Assembly (NCBI GenBank): GCA_964016885.1 | Contig: CAXHJY010000738.1 | Span: 186,001-250,000 of the forward strand | Length of the DNA: 64,000 bases | DNA from: Eledone cirrhosa | Lineage: Eukaryota | Direction: 5' to 3' | Shown here: positions 30,066 through 45,119 of the stretch, one piece after another | How positions within the stretch are numbered: position 1 is the first letter of the stretch | Layout: each line of letters opens with the position of its first letter | Position numbers and translations under genes: made by a program | Notes under the pieces: generated by a model | Seen by the model: the letters and a program-made list of their open reading frames with translations, nothing else | Database searches by the model: none | Told to the model about the DNA's origin: nothing

Positions 30066-33000
30066 ATAGATTACAGTACAGTAGATATATTACAGTACAG
30101 TAGATATATTACAGTACAGTAGGTATATTACAGTACAGTAGATATATTACAGTACAGTAGGTATATTACAGTACATTAGATATATTACAGTACAGTAGGT
30201 ATATTACAGTGCAGTAGGTATATTACAGTACAGTAGGTATATTACAGTACAGTAGATATATTACAGTACAGTAGGTATAATACAGTACAGTAGGTATATT
30301 ACAGTACAGTAGGTATATTACAGTACAGTAGGTATATTACAGTACACTAGTTATAATACAGTACAGTAGGTATATTACATTACAGTAGTTATAATACAGT
30401 ACAGTAGGTATATTACAGTACAGTAGGTATATTACAGTACAGTAGGTATATTACAGTACAGTAGGTATATTACAGTACAGTAGGTATATTACAGTACAGT
30501 AGATATAATACAATACAGTAGATATATTACAGTACAGTAGGTATATTACAGTACAGTAGGTATATTACAGTACAGTAGGTATATTACAGTACAGTAGGTA
30601 TATTACACTACAGTAGATATATTACAGTACAGTAGGTATATTACAGTACAGTAGGTATAATACCATACAGTAGGTATATTACAGTACAGTAGGTATATTA
30701 CAGTACAGTAGGTATAATACAGTACAGTAGATATATTACAGTACAGTAGGTATATTACAGTACAGTAGATATATTACAGTACAGTAGATATATTACAGTA
30801 CAGTAGATATATTACAGTACAGTAGGTATATTACAGTACAGTAGATAGATTACAGTACAGTAGATAGATTACAGTACAGTAGGTATATTACAGTACAGTA
30901 GATAGATTACAGTACAGTAGATATATTACAGTACAGTAGGTATATTACAGTACAGTAGGTATATTACAGTACAGTAGGTATATTACAGTACAGTAGATAT
31001 ATTACAGTACAGTAGGTATATTACAGTACAGTATGTATATTACAGTACAGTAGGTATATTACAGTACAGTAGGTATATTACAGTACAGTAGGTATAATAC
31101 AGTACAGTAGGTATATTACAGTACAGTAGGTATATTACAGTACAGTAGATATATTACAGTACAGTAGGTATAATACAGTACAGTAGGTATAATACAGTAC
31201 TGTAGGTATATTACAGTACAGTAGATATATTACAGTACAGAAGATATATTACAGTACATTAGGTATATTACAGTACAGTAGGTATATTACAGTACAGTAG
31301 GTATATTACAGTACAGTAGGTATATTACAGTACAGTAGATATATTACAGTACAGTAGGTATATTACAGTACACTAGGTATATTACAGTACAGTAGGTATA
31401 TTACAGTACAGTAGATATATTGCAGTACAGTAGGTATATTACTGTACAGTAGGGATAATACAGTACAGTAGATATGTTACAGTACAGTAGGTATATTACA
31501 GTACAGTAGGTATATTACAGTACAGTAGACATATTACAGTACAGTATGTATATTACAGTACAGTAGGTATATTACAGTACAGTAGGTATAATACAGTAAA
31601 GTAGATATATTACAGTACAGAAGATATATTACAGTACAGAAGATATATTACAGTACAGTAGATATATTACAGTACAGTAGGTATATTACAGTACAGTAGA
31701 TATATTACAGTACAGTAGATATATTACAGTACAGTAGGTATATTATAGTACAGTAGGTATATTACAGTACAGTAGATATATTACAGTACAGAAGATATAT
31801 TACAGTACAGTAGATAGATTACAGTACAGTATATATATTACAGTACAGTAGGTATATTACAGTACAGTAGGTATATTACAGTACAGTAGGTATATTACAG
31901 TACAGTAGATATATTACAGTACAGTAGGTATATTACAGTACAGTATGTATATTACAGTACAGTAGGTATATTACAGTACAGTAGGTATATTACAGTACAG
32001 TAGGTATAATACAGTACAGTAGGTATATTACAGTACAGTAGGTATATTACAGTACAGTAGGTATATTACAGTACAGTAGGTATAATACAGTACAGTAGGT
32101 ATAATACAGTACAGTAGGTATATTACAGTACAGTAGATATATTACAGTACAGAAGATATATTACAGTACATTAGGTATATTACAGTACAGTAGGTATATT
32201 ACAGTACAGTAGGTATATTACAGTACAGTAGGTATATTACAGTACAGTAGATATATTACAGTACAGTAGGTATATTACAGTACACTAGGTATATTACAGT
32301 ACAGTAGGTATATTACAGTACAGTAGATATATTGCAGTACAGTAGGTATATTACTGTACAGTAGGGATAATACAGTACAGTAGATATGTTACAGTACAGT
32401 AGGTATATTACAGTACAGTAGGTATATTACAGTACAGTAGACATATTACAGTACAGTATGTATATTACAGTACAGTAGGTATATTACAGTACAGTAAATA
32501 GATTACAGTACAGTAGATATATTACAGTACAGTAGGTATATTACAGTACAGTAGGTATATTATAGTACAGTAGATATATTACAGTACAGTAGGTATATTA
32601 CAGTACAGTAGATATATTACAGTACAGTAGATATATTACAGTACAGTAGGTATATTACAGTACAGTAGGTATATTACAGTACATTAGGTATATTACAGTA
32701 CAGTAGGTATAATACAGTACAGTAGATATATTACAGTACAGTAGGTATATTACAGTACAGTAGGTATATTACAGTACAGTAGATATATTACAGTACAGTA
32801 GGTATAATACAGTAAAGTAGGTATATTACAGTACAGTAGGTATATTACAGTACAGTAGGTATAATACAGTACAGTAGGTATATTACAGTACAGTAGGTAT
32901 ATTACAGTACAGTAGGTATGTTACAGTACAGTAGGTATATTACAGTACAGTAGGTATATTACAGTACAGTAGGTATATTACAGTACAGTAGGTATATTAC

Positions 33001-34990
33001 AGTACAGTAGATATATTACAGTACAGTAGGTATATTACAGTACAGTAGATTTATTACAGTACAGTAGATAGAGTACAGTACAGTAGATATAATACAGTAC
33101 AGTAGGTGTATTACAGTACAGTAGGTATATTACAGTACAATAGGTATATTACAGTACAGTAGGTATATTACAGTACAGTAGGTATATTACAGTACAGTAG
33201 ATATATTACAGTACAGTAGGTATATTACAGTACAGTAGATAGATTACAGTACAGTAGATATATTACAGTACAGTAGATATATTACAGTACAGTAGGTATA
33301 TTACAGTACAGTAGATATATTACAGTACAGTAGGTATATTACAGTACATTAGATATATTACAGTACAGTAGGTATATTACAGTGCAGTAGGTATATTACA
33401 GTACAGTAGGTATATTACAGTACAGTAGATATATTACAGTACAGTAGGTATAATACAGTACAGTAGGTATATTACAGTACAGTAGGTATATTACAGTACA
33501 GTAGGTATATTACAGTACACTAGTTATAATACAGTACAGTAGGTATATTACATTACAGTAGTTATAATACAGTACAGTAGGTATATTACAGTACAGTAGG
33601 TATATTACAGTACAGTAGGTATATTACAGTACAGTAGGTATATTACAGTACAGTAGGTATATTACAGTACAGTAGATATAATACAATACAGTAGATATAT
33701 TACAGTACAGTAGGTATATTACAGTACAGTAGGTATATTACAGTACAGTAGGTATATTACAGTACAGTAGGTATATTACACTACAGTAGATATATTACAG
33801 TACAGTAGGTATATTACAGTACAGTAGGTATAATACCATACAGTAGGTATATTACAGTACAGTAGGTATATTACAGTACAGTAGGTATAATACAGTACAG
33901 TAGATATATTACAGTACAGTAGGTATATTACAGTACAGTAGATATATTACAGTACAGTAGATATATTACAGTACAGTAGATATATTACAGTACAGTAGGT
34001 ATATTACAGTACAGTAGATAGATTACAGTACAGTAGATAGATTACAGTACAGTAGGTATATTACAGTACAGTAGATAGATTACAGTACAGTAGATATATT
34101 ACAGTACAGTAGGTATATTACAGTACAGTAGGTATATTACAGTACAGTAGGTATATTACAGTACAGTAGATATATTACAGTACAGTAGGTATATTACAGT
34201 ACAGTATGTATATTACAGTACAGTAGGTATATTACAGTACAGTAGGTATATTACAGTACAGTAGGTATAATACAGTACAGTAGGTATATTACAGTACAGT
34301 AGGTATATTACAGTACAGTAGGTATATTACAGTACAGTAGGTATAATACAGTACAGTAGGTATAATACAGTACAGTAGGTATATTACAGTACAGTAGATA
34401 TATTACAGTACAGAAGATATATTACAGTACATTAGGTATATTACAGTACAGTAGGTATATTACAGTACAGTAGGTATATTACAGTACAGTAGGTATATTA
34501 CAGTACAGTAGATATATTACAGTACAGTAGGTATATTACAGTACACTAGGTATATTACAGTACAGTAGGTATATTACAGTACAGTAGATATATTGCAGTA
34601 CAGTAGGTATATTACTGTACAGTAGGGATAATACAGTACAGTAGATATGTTACAGTACAGTAGGTATATTACAGTACAGTAGGTATATTACAGTACAGTA
34701 GACATATTACAGTACAGTATGTATATTACAGTACAGTAGGTATATTACAGTACAGTAGGTATAATACAGTAAAGTAGATATATTACAGTACAGAAGATAT
34801 ATTACAGTACAGAAGATATATTACAGTACAGTAGATAGATTACAGTACAGTAGATATATTACAGTACAGTAGGTATATTACAGTACAGTAGATATATTAC
34901 AGTACAGTAGGTATATTATAGTACAGTAGGTATATTACAGTACAGTAGATATATTACAGTACAGAAGATATATTACAGTACAGTAGATAG
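29310..34990. repeat. 3,173-bp-offset (167-monomer) duplication
   Basis: GTAAATAGAT at 29321 and 32494; AGTAGATTTA at 29871 and 33044; AGGGATAAT at 31451 and 34624. Confidence 0.88.
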
Positions 34991-36949
34991 ATTACAGTAC
35001 AGTATATATATTACAGTACAGTAGGTATATTACAGTACAGTAGATATATTACAGTACAGTAGGTATATTATAGTACAGTAGGTATATTACAGTACAGTAG
35101 GTATATTACAGTACAGTAGGTATAATACAGTAAAGTAGGTATATTACAGTACAGTAGGTATATTACACTACAGTAGGTATAATACAGTACAGTAGGTATA
35201 TTACAGTACAGTAGGTATATTACAGTACAGTAGGTATGTTACAGTACATTAGGTATATTACAGTACAGTAGGTATATTACAGTACAGTAGGTATATTACA
35301 GTACAGTAGGTATATTACAGTACAGTAGATATATTACAGTACAGTAGGTATATTACAGTACACTAGGTATATTACAGTACAGTAGGTATATTACAGTACA
35401 GTAGATATATTGCAGTACAGTAGGTATATTACTGTACAGTAGGGATAATACAGTACAGTAGATATGTTACAGTACAGTAGGTATATTACAGTACAGGAGG
35501 TATATTACAGTACAGTAGACATATTACAGTACAGTATGTATATTACAGTACAGTAGGTATATTACAGTACAGTAGGTATATTACAGTACAGTAGGTATAT
35601 TACAGTACAGTAGGTATATTACAGTACAGTAGATATATTACAGTACAGTAGATATATTAGAGTACAGTAGGTATATTAGAGTACAGTAGGTATATTACAG
35701 TACAGTAGATATATTACAGTACAGTAGGTATATTACAGTACAGTAGGTATATTATAGTACAGTAGATATATTACAGTACAGTAGGTATATTACAGTACAG
35801 TAGATATATTACAGTACAGTAGATATATTACAGTACAGTAGGTATATTACAGTAGGTATATTACAGTACATTAGGTATATTACAGTACAGTAGGTATAAT
35901 ACAGTACAGTAGATATATTACAGTACAGTAGGTATATTACAGTACAGTAGGTATGTTACAGTACAGTAGGTATATTACAGTACAGTAGGTATATTACAGT
36001 ACAGTAGATATATTACAGTACAGTAGGTATATTACAGTACAGTAGGTATATTACAGTACAGTAGATAGAGTACAGTACAGTAGATATATTACAGTACAGT
36101 AGGTATATTACAGTACAGTAGGTATATTACAGTACTGTAGGTATATTACAGTACAGTAGGTATATTACAGTACAGTAGGTATATTACAGTACAGTAGATA
36201 TATTACAGTACAGTAGGTATATTACAGTACAGTAGATAGATTACAGTACAGTAGATATATTACAGTACAGTAGTTATATTACAGTACAGTAGGTATATTA
36301 CAGTACAGTAGATATATTACAGTACAGTAGGTATATTACAGTACAGTAGATATATTACAGTACAGTAGGTATATTACAGTACAGTAGGTATATTACAGTA
36401 CAGTAGGTATATTACAGTACAGTAGGTATATTACAGTACAGTAGGTATATTACAGTACAGTAGATATATTACAGTACAGTAGGTATAATACAGTACAGTA
36501 GGTATATTACAGTACAGTAGGTATATTACAGTACAGTAGGTATATTACAGTACAGTAGTTATAATACAGTACAGTAGGTATATTACAGTACAGTAGTTAT
36601 AATACAGTACAGTAGGTATATTACAGTACAGTAGGTATATTACAGTACAGTAGGTATATTACAGTACAGTAGGTATATTACAGTACAGTAGATATATTAC
36701 AGTACAGTAGGTATATTACAGTACAGTAGTTATATTACAGTACAGTAGGTATATTACAGTACAGTAGGTATATTACAGTACAGTAGGTATATTACAGTAC
36801 AGTAGGTATATTACAGTACAGTAGGTATATTACAGTACAGTAGGTATATTACAGTACAGTAGGTATATTACACTACAGTAGGTATATTACAGTACAGTAG
36901 GTATATTAAAGTACAGTAGGTATAATACAGTACAGTAGGTATATTACAG

Positions 36950-39350
36950 TACAGTAGCTATATTACAGTACAGTAGGTATATTACAGTACAGTAGGTATA
37001 TTACAGTACAGTAGGTATATTACACTACAGTAGGTATATTACAGTACAGTAGGTATATTAAAGTACAGTATGTATAACACAGTACAGTAGGTATATTACA
37101 GTAGAGTAGGTATATTACAGTACAGTAGATATAATACAGTACAGTAGATATATTACAGTACAGTAGGTATATTACAGTACAGTAGGTATATTACAGTACA
37201 GTAGGTATATTACAGTACAGTAGGTATATTACAGTACAGTAGGTATATTACAGTACAGTAGATAGATTACAGTACAGTAGATATATTACAGTACAGTAGG
37301 TATATTACAGTACAGTAGGTATATTACAGTACAGTAGACATATTACAGTACAGTATGTATATTACAGTAGGTATATTACAGTACAGTAGGTATATTACAG
37401 TACAGTAGGTATATTACCGTACAGTAGACAGATTACAGTACAGTAGATATATTACAGTACAGTAGGTATATTACAGTACAGTAGGTATATTACAGTACAG
37501 TAGACATATTACAGTACAGTATGTATATTACAGTACAGTAGGTATAATACAGTACAGTAGGTATATTACAGTACAGTAGGTATATTACAGTACAGTAGTT
37601 ATATTACAGTACAGTAGTTATATTACAGTACAGTAGGTATAATACAGTACAGTAGGTATATTACAGTACAGTAGGTATATTACAGTACAGTAGGTATATT
37701 ACAGTACAGTAGGTATATTACAGTACAGTATATATATTACAGTACACTAGGTATATTACAGTACAGTAGGTATATTACAGTACAGTAAATATATTACAGT
37801 ACAATAGGTAATTTACAGTACAGTAGGTATATTACAGTACAGTAGATATATTACAGTACAGTAGGTATAATACCATACAGTAGGTATATTACAGTACAGT
37901 AGGTATATTACAGTACTGTAGGTATAATACAGTACAGTAGATATATTACAGTACAGTAGGTATATTACACTACAGTAGGTATATTACAGTACAGTAGGTA
38001 TATTAAAGTACAGTAGGTATAATACAGTACAGTAGGTATATTACAGTACAGTAGGTATATTACAGTACAGTAGGTATATTACAGTACAGTAGGTATATTA
38101 CAGTACAGTAGGTATATTACACTACAGTAGGTATATTACAGTACAGTAGGTATATTAAAGTACAGTAGGTATAATACAGTACAGTAGGTATATTACAGTA
38201 GAGTAGGTATATTACAGTACAGTAGATATAATACAGTACAGTAGATATATTACAGTACAGTAGGTATATTACAGTACAGTAGGTATATTACAGTACAGTA
38301 GGTATATTACAGTACAGTAGGTATATTACAGTACAGTAGGTATATTACAGTACAGTAGGTATATTACATTACAGTAGATAGATTACAGTACAGTAGATAT
38401 ATTACAGTACAGTAGGTATATTACAGTACAGTAGGTATATTACAGTACAGTAGATATATTACAGTACAGTAGGTATATTACAGTACAGTAGATATATTAC
38501 AGTACAGTAGATATATTACAGTACAGTAGGTATATTACAGTACAGTAGGTATATTACAGTACATTAGGTATATTACAGTACAGTAGGTATAATACAGTAC
38601 AGTAGATATATTACAGTACAGTAGGTATATTACAGTACAGTAGGTATATTACAGTACAGTAGATATATTACAGTACAGTAGGTATAATAGAGTAAACTAG
38701 GTATATTACAGTACAGTAGGTATATTACAGTACAGTAGGTATAATACAGTACAGTAGGTATATTACAGTACAGTAGGTATATTACAGTACAGTAGGTATG
38801 TTACAGTACAGTAGGTATATTACAGTACAGTAGGTATATTACAGTACAGTAGGTATATTACAGTACAGTAGGTATATTACAGTACAGTATGTATATTACA
38901 GTACAGTAGGTATATTACAGTACAGTAGGTATATTACAGTACAGTAGGTATATTACAGTACAGTAGGTATATTACAGTACAGTAGGTATATTACAGTACA
39001 GTAGATATATTACAGTACAGTAGGTATATTACAGTACAGTATGTATATTACAGTACAGTAGGTATAATACAGTACAGTAGGTATATTACAGTACAGAAGG
39101 TATATTACAGTACAGTAGGTATATTACAGTACAGTAGGTATATTACAGTACAGTAGATATATTACAGTACAGTAGGTATATTACACTACAGTAGATATAT
39201 TACAGTACAGTAGGTATATTACAGTACAGTAGTTATATTACAGTACAGTAGGTATAATACAGTACAGTAGGTATATTACAGTACAGTAGGGATAATACAG
39301 TACAGTAGATATGTTACAGTTCAGTAGGTATATTACAGTACAGTAGGTAT
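36950..39350. repeat. ~2.4-kb block with a distant copy at ~56060-58430 (offset ~19.1 kb)
   Basis: GTAGCTA 36954/56061, TATAACAC 37073/56180, TTACCGT 37414/56521 and ATAGGTAATTT 37804/56911, all at offset 19,107. Confidence 0.92.
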
Positions 39351-40269
39351 ATTACAGTACAGTAGGTATATTACAGTACAGTAGACATATTACAGTACAG
39401 TATGTATATTACAGTACAGTAGGTATATTACAGTACAGTAGGTATATTACAGTACAGTAGGTATATTACAGTACAGTAGGTATATTACAGTACAGTAGAC
39501 ATATTACAGTACAGTATGTATATTACAGTACAGTAGGTATATTACAGTACAGTAGGTATATTACAGTACAGTAGGTATATTACAGTACAGTAGGTATATT
39601 ACAGTACAGTAGGTATATTACAGTACAGTAGATATATTACAGTACAGTAGGTATATTACAGTACAGTAGGTATATTACAGTACAGTAGGTATATTACAGT
39701 ACAGTAGGTATATTACAGTACAGTAGGTATATTACAGTACAGTAGGTATATTACAGTACAGTAGATATATTACAGTACAGTAGATATATTACAGTACAGT
39801 AGGTATATTACAGTACAATAGATATATTACAGTACAGTAGGTATATTATAGTACAGTAGGTATATTACACTACAGTAGGTATATTACAGTACAGTGGATA
39901 TATTACAGTACAGTAGGTATATTACAGTACAGTATGTATATTACAGTACAGTAGGTATATTACAGTACAGTAGGTATATTACAGTACAGTAGGTATAATA
40001 CAGTACAGTAGGTATATTACAGTACAGTAGGTATAATACAGTACAGTAGGTATATTACAGTACAGTAGGTATATTACAGTACAGTAGGTATATTACAGTA
40101 CAGTAGGTATAATAAAGTACAGTAGGTATAATACAGTACAGTAGGTATATTACAGTACAGTAGGTATATTACAGTACAGTAGGTATATTACAGTACAGTA
40201 GATATATTACAGTACAGTAGATATATTACAGTACAGTAGATAGATTACAGTACAGTAGATATATTACAG

Positions 40270-43200
40270 TACAGTAGGTATAATACAGTACAGTAGATAT
40301 ATTACAGTACAGTAGGTATATTATAGTACAGTAGGTATATTACAGTACAGTAGGTATATTACAGTACAGTAGGTATAATACAGTAAAGTAGGTATATTAC
40401 AGTACAGTAGGTATATTACACTACAGTAGGTATAATACTGTACAGTAGGTATATTACAGTACAGTAGGTATATTACAGTACAGTAGGTATGTTACAGTAC
40501 ATTAGGTATATTACAGTACAGTAGGTATATTACAGTACAGTAGGTATATTACAGTACAGTAGGTATATTACAGTACAGTAGATATATTACAGTACAGTAG
40601 GTATATTACAGTACAGTAGGTATATTACAGTACAGTAGATAGAGTACAGTACAGTAGATATATTACAGTACAGTAGGTATATTACAGTACAGTAGGTATA
40701 ATACAGTACAGTAGGTATATTACAGTACAGTAGGTATATTACAGTACAGTAGGTATATTACAGTACAGTAGGTATATTACAGTACAGTAGGTATATTACA
40801 GTACAGTAGATATATTGCAGTACAGTAGGTATATTACAGTACAGTAGGGATAATACAGTACAGTAGATATGTTACAGTACAGTAGGTATATTACAGTACA
40901 GTAGGTATATTACAGTACAGTAGGTATATTACAGTACAGTAGACATATTACAGTACAGTATGTATATTACAGTACAGTAGGTATATTACAGTACAGTAGG
41001 TATATTACAGTACAGTAGGTATATTACAGTACAGTAGGTATATTACAGTACAGTAGATATATTACAGTACAGTAGGTATATTACAGTACAGTAGGTATAT
41101 TAGAGTACAGTAGGTATATTACAGTACAGTAGGTATATTACAGTACAGTAGGTATATTACACTACAGTAGGTATAATACAGTACAGTAGGTATATTACAG
41201 TACAGTAGGTATATTACAGTACAGTAGGTATATTACAGTACAGTAGGTATATTACAGTACAGTAGGTATATTACAGTACAGTATATATATTACAGTACAC
41301 TAGGTATATTACAGTACAGTAGGTATATTACAGTACAGTAGATATATTACAGTACACTAGGTATATTACAGTACAGTAGGTATATTACAGTACAGTAGAT
41401 ATATTACAGTACAGTAGGTATAATACCATACAGTAGGTATATTACAGTACAGTAGGTATATTACAGTACAGTAGGTATAATACAGTACAGTAGATATATT
41501 ACAGTACAGTAGGTATATTACAATACAGTAGGTATATTACAGTACAGTAAGTATATTAATGTGCAGTAGGTATAATACAGTACAGTAGGTATATTACAGT
41601 ACAGTAGATATATTGCAGTACAGTAGATATATTACAGTACAGTAGGTATGTTACAGTACATTAGGTATATTACAGTACAGTAGGTATATTACAGTACAGT
41701 AGGTATATTACAGTACAGTAGGTATATTACAGTACAGTAGGTATGTTACAGTACAGTAGGTATATTACAGTACAGTAGGTATATTACAGTACAGTAGGTA
41801 TATTACAGTACAGTAGATATATTACAGTACAGTAGGTATATTACAGTACAGTAGGTATATTACAGGACAGTAGATAGAGTACAGTACAGTAGATATATTA
41901 CAGTACAGTAGGTATAATACAGTACAGTAGGTATATTACAGTACAGTAGGTATATTACAGTACAGTAGGTATATTACAGTACAGTAGGTATATTACAGTA
42001 CAGTAGGTATATTACAGTACAGTAGATATATTGCAGTACAGTAGGTATATTACAATACAGTAGATAGATTACAGTACATTAGATATATTACAGTACAGTA
42101 GATATATTACAGTACAATAGGTATATTACAGTACAGTAGGTATATTACAGTACAGTAGATATATTACAGTACAGTAGGTATATTACAGTACAGTAGATAT
42201 ATTACAGTACAGTAGATATATTACAGTACAGTAGGTATATTACAGTACAGTAGGTATATTACAGTACAGTAGGTATATTACAGTACAGTAGATATATTAC
42301 AGTACAGTAGGTATAATACAGTACAGTAGGTATATTACAGTACAGTAGGTATATTACAGTACATTAGGTATATTACAGTACAGTAGTTATAATACAGTAC
42401 AGTAGGTATATTACAGTACAGTAGGTATATTACAGTACAGTAGGTATATTACAGTACAGTAGGTATATTGCAATACAGTAGGTATATTACAGTACAGTAG
42501 ATATAATACAGTACAGTAGATATATTACAGTACAGTAGGTATATTACAGTACAGTTGGAATATTACAGTACAGTAGGTATATTACAGTACAGTAGGTATA
42601 TTACAGTACAGTAGGTATATTACAGTACACTAGGTATATTACAGTACAGTAGGTATATTACAGTACAGTAGATATATTACAGTACAGTAGGTATATTACA
42701 GTACAGTAGATATATTACAGTACAGTAGGTATATTATAGTACAGTAGGTATATTACAGTACAGTAGGTATATTACAGTACAGTAGGTATAATACAGTAAA
42801 GTAGGTATATTACAGTACAGTAGGTATATTACACTACAGTAGGTATAATACTGTACAGTAGGTATATTACAGTACAGTAGGTATATTACAGTACAGTAGG
42901 TATGTTACAGTACATTAGGTATATTACAGTACAGTAGGTATATTACAGTACAGTAGGTATATTACAGTACAGTAGGTATATTACAGTACAGTAGATATAT
43001 TACAGTACAGTAGGTATATTACAGTACAGTAGGTATATTACAGTACAGTAGATAGAGTACAGTACAGTAGATATATTACAGTACAGTAGGTATATTACAG
43101 TACAGTAGGTATAATACAGTACAGTAGGTATATTACAGTACAGTAGGTATATTACAGTACAGTAGGTATATTACAGTACAGTAGGTATATTACAGTACAG

Positions 43201-45100
43201 TAGGTATATTACAGTACAGTAGATATATTGCAGTACAGTAGGTATATTACAGTACAGTAGGGATAATACAGTACAGTAGATATGTTACAGTACAGTAGGT
43301 ATATTACAGTACAGTAGGTATATTACAGTACAGTAGGTATATTACAGTACAGTAGACATATTACAGTACAGTATGTATATTACAGTACAGTAGGTATATT
43401 ACAGTACAGTAGGTATATTACAGTACAGTAGGTATATTACAGTACAGTAGGTATATTACAGTACAGTAGATATATTACAGTACAGTAGGTATATTACAGT
43501 ACAGTAGGTATATTAGAGTACAGTAGGTATATTACAGTACAGTAGGTATATTACAGTACAGTAGGTATATTACACTACAGTAGGTATATTACACTACAGT
43601 AGGTATAATACAGTACAGTAGGTATATTACAGTACAGTAGGTATATTACAGTACAGTAGGTATATTACAGTACAGTAGGTATATTACAGTACAGTAGGTA
43701 TATTACAGTACAGTATATATATTACAGTACACTAGGTATATTACAGTACAGTAGGTATATTACAGTACAGTAGATATATTACAGTACACTAGGTATATTA
43801 CAGTACAGTAGGTATATTACAGTACAGTAGATATATTACAGTACAGTAGGTATAATACCATACAGTAGGTATATTACAGTACAGTAGGTATATTACAGTA
43901 CAGTAGGTATAATACAGTACAGTAGATATATTACAGTACAGTAGGTATATTACAATACAGTAGGTATATTACAGTACAGTAAGTATATTAATGTGCAGTA
44001 GGTATAATACAGTACAGTAGGTATATTACAGTACAGTAGATATATTGCAGTACAGTAGATATATTACAGTACAGTAGGTATGTTACAGTACATTAGGTAT
44101 ATTACAGTACAGTAGGTATATTACAGTACAGTAGGTATATTACAGTACAGTAGGTATATTACAGTACAGTAGGTATGTTACAGTACAGTAGGTATATTAC
44201 AGTACAGTAGGTATATTACAGTACAGTAGGTATATTACAGTACAGTAGATATATTACAGTACAGTAGGTATATTACAGTACAGTAGGTATATTACAGGAC
44301 AGTAGATAGAGTACAGTACAGTAGATATATTACAGTACAGTAGGTATAATACAGTACAGTAGGTATATTACAGTACAGTAGGTATATTACAGTACAGTAG
44401 GTATATTACAGTACAGTAGGTATATTACAGTACAGTAGGTATATTACAGTACAGTAGATATATTGCAGTACAGTAGGTATATTACAATACAGTAGATAGA
44501 TTACAGTACATTAGATATATTACAGTACAGTAGATATATTACAGTACAATAGGTATATTACAGTACAGTAGGTATATTACAGTACAGTAGATATATTACA
44601 GTACAGTAGGTATATTACAGTACAGTAGATATATTACAGTACAGTAGATATATTACAGTACAGTAGGTATATTACAGTACAGTAGGTATATTACAGTACA
44701 GTAGGTATATTACAGTACAGTAGATATATTACAGTACAGTAGGTATAATACAGTACAGTAGGTATATTACAGTACAGTAGGTATATTACAGTACATTAGG
44801 TATATTACAGTACAGTAGTTATAATACAGTACAGTAGGTATATTACAGTACAGTAGGTATATTACAGTACAGTAGGTATATTACAGTACAGTAGGTATAT
44901 TGCAGTACAGTAGGTATATTACAGTACAGTAGATATAATACAGTACAGTAGATATATTACAGTACAGTAGGTATATTACAGTACAGTTGGAATATTACAG
45001 TACAGTAGGTATATTACAGTACAGTAGGTATATTACAGTACAGTAGGTATATTACAGTACACTAGGTATATTACAGTACAGTAGGTATATTACAGTACAG
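40270..45100. repeat. 2,413-2,432-bp (127-128 monomer) tandem duplication
   Basis: TATAATACTG at 40431 and 42844 (offset 2,413); TACAGGAC at 41861 and 44293 (offset 2,432, after an extra CACTAC monomer near 43570-43590). Confidence 0.9.
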
Positions 45101-45119
45101 TTGGAATATTACAGTACAG

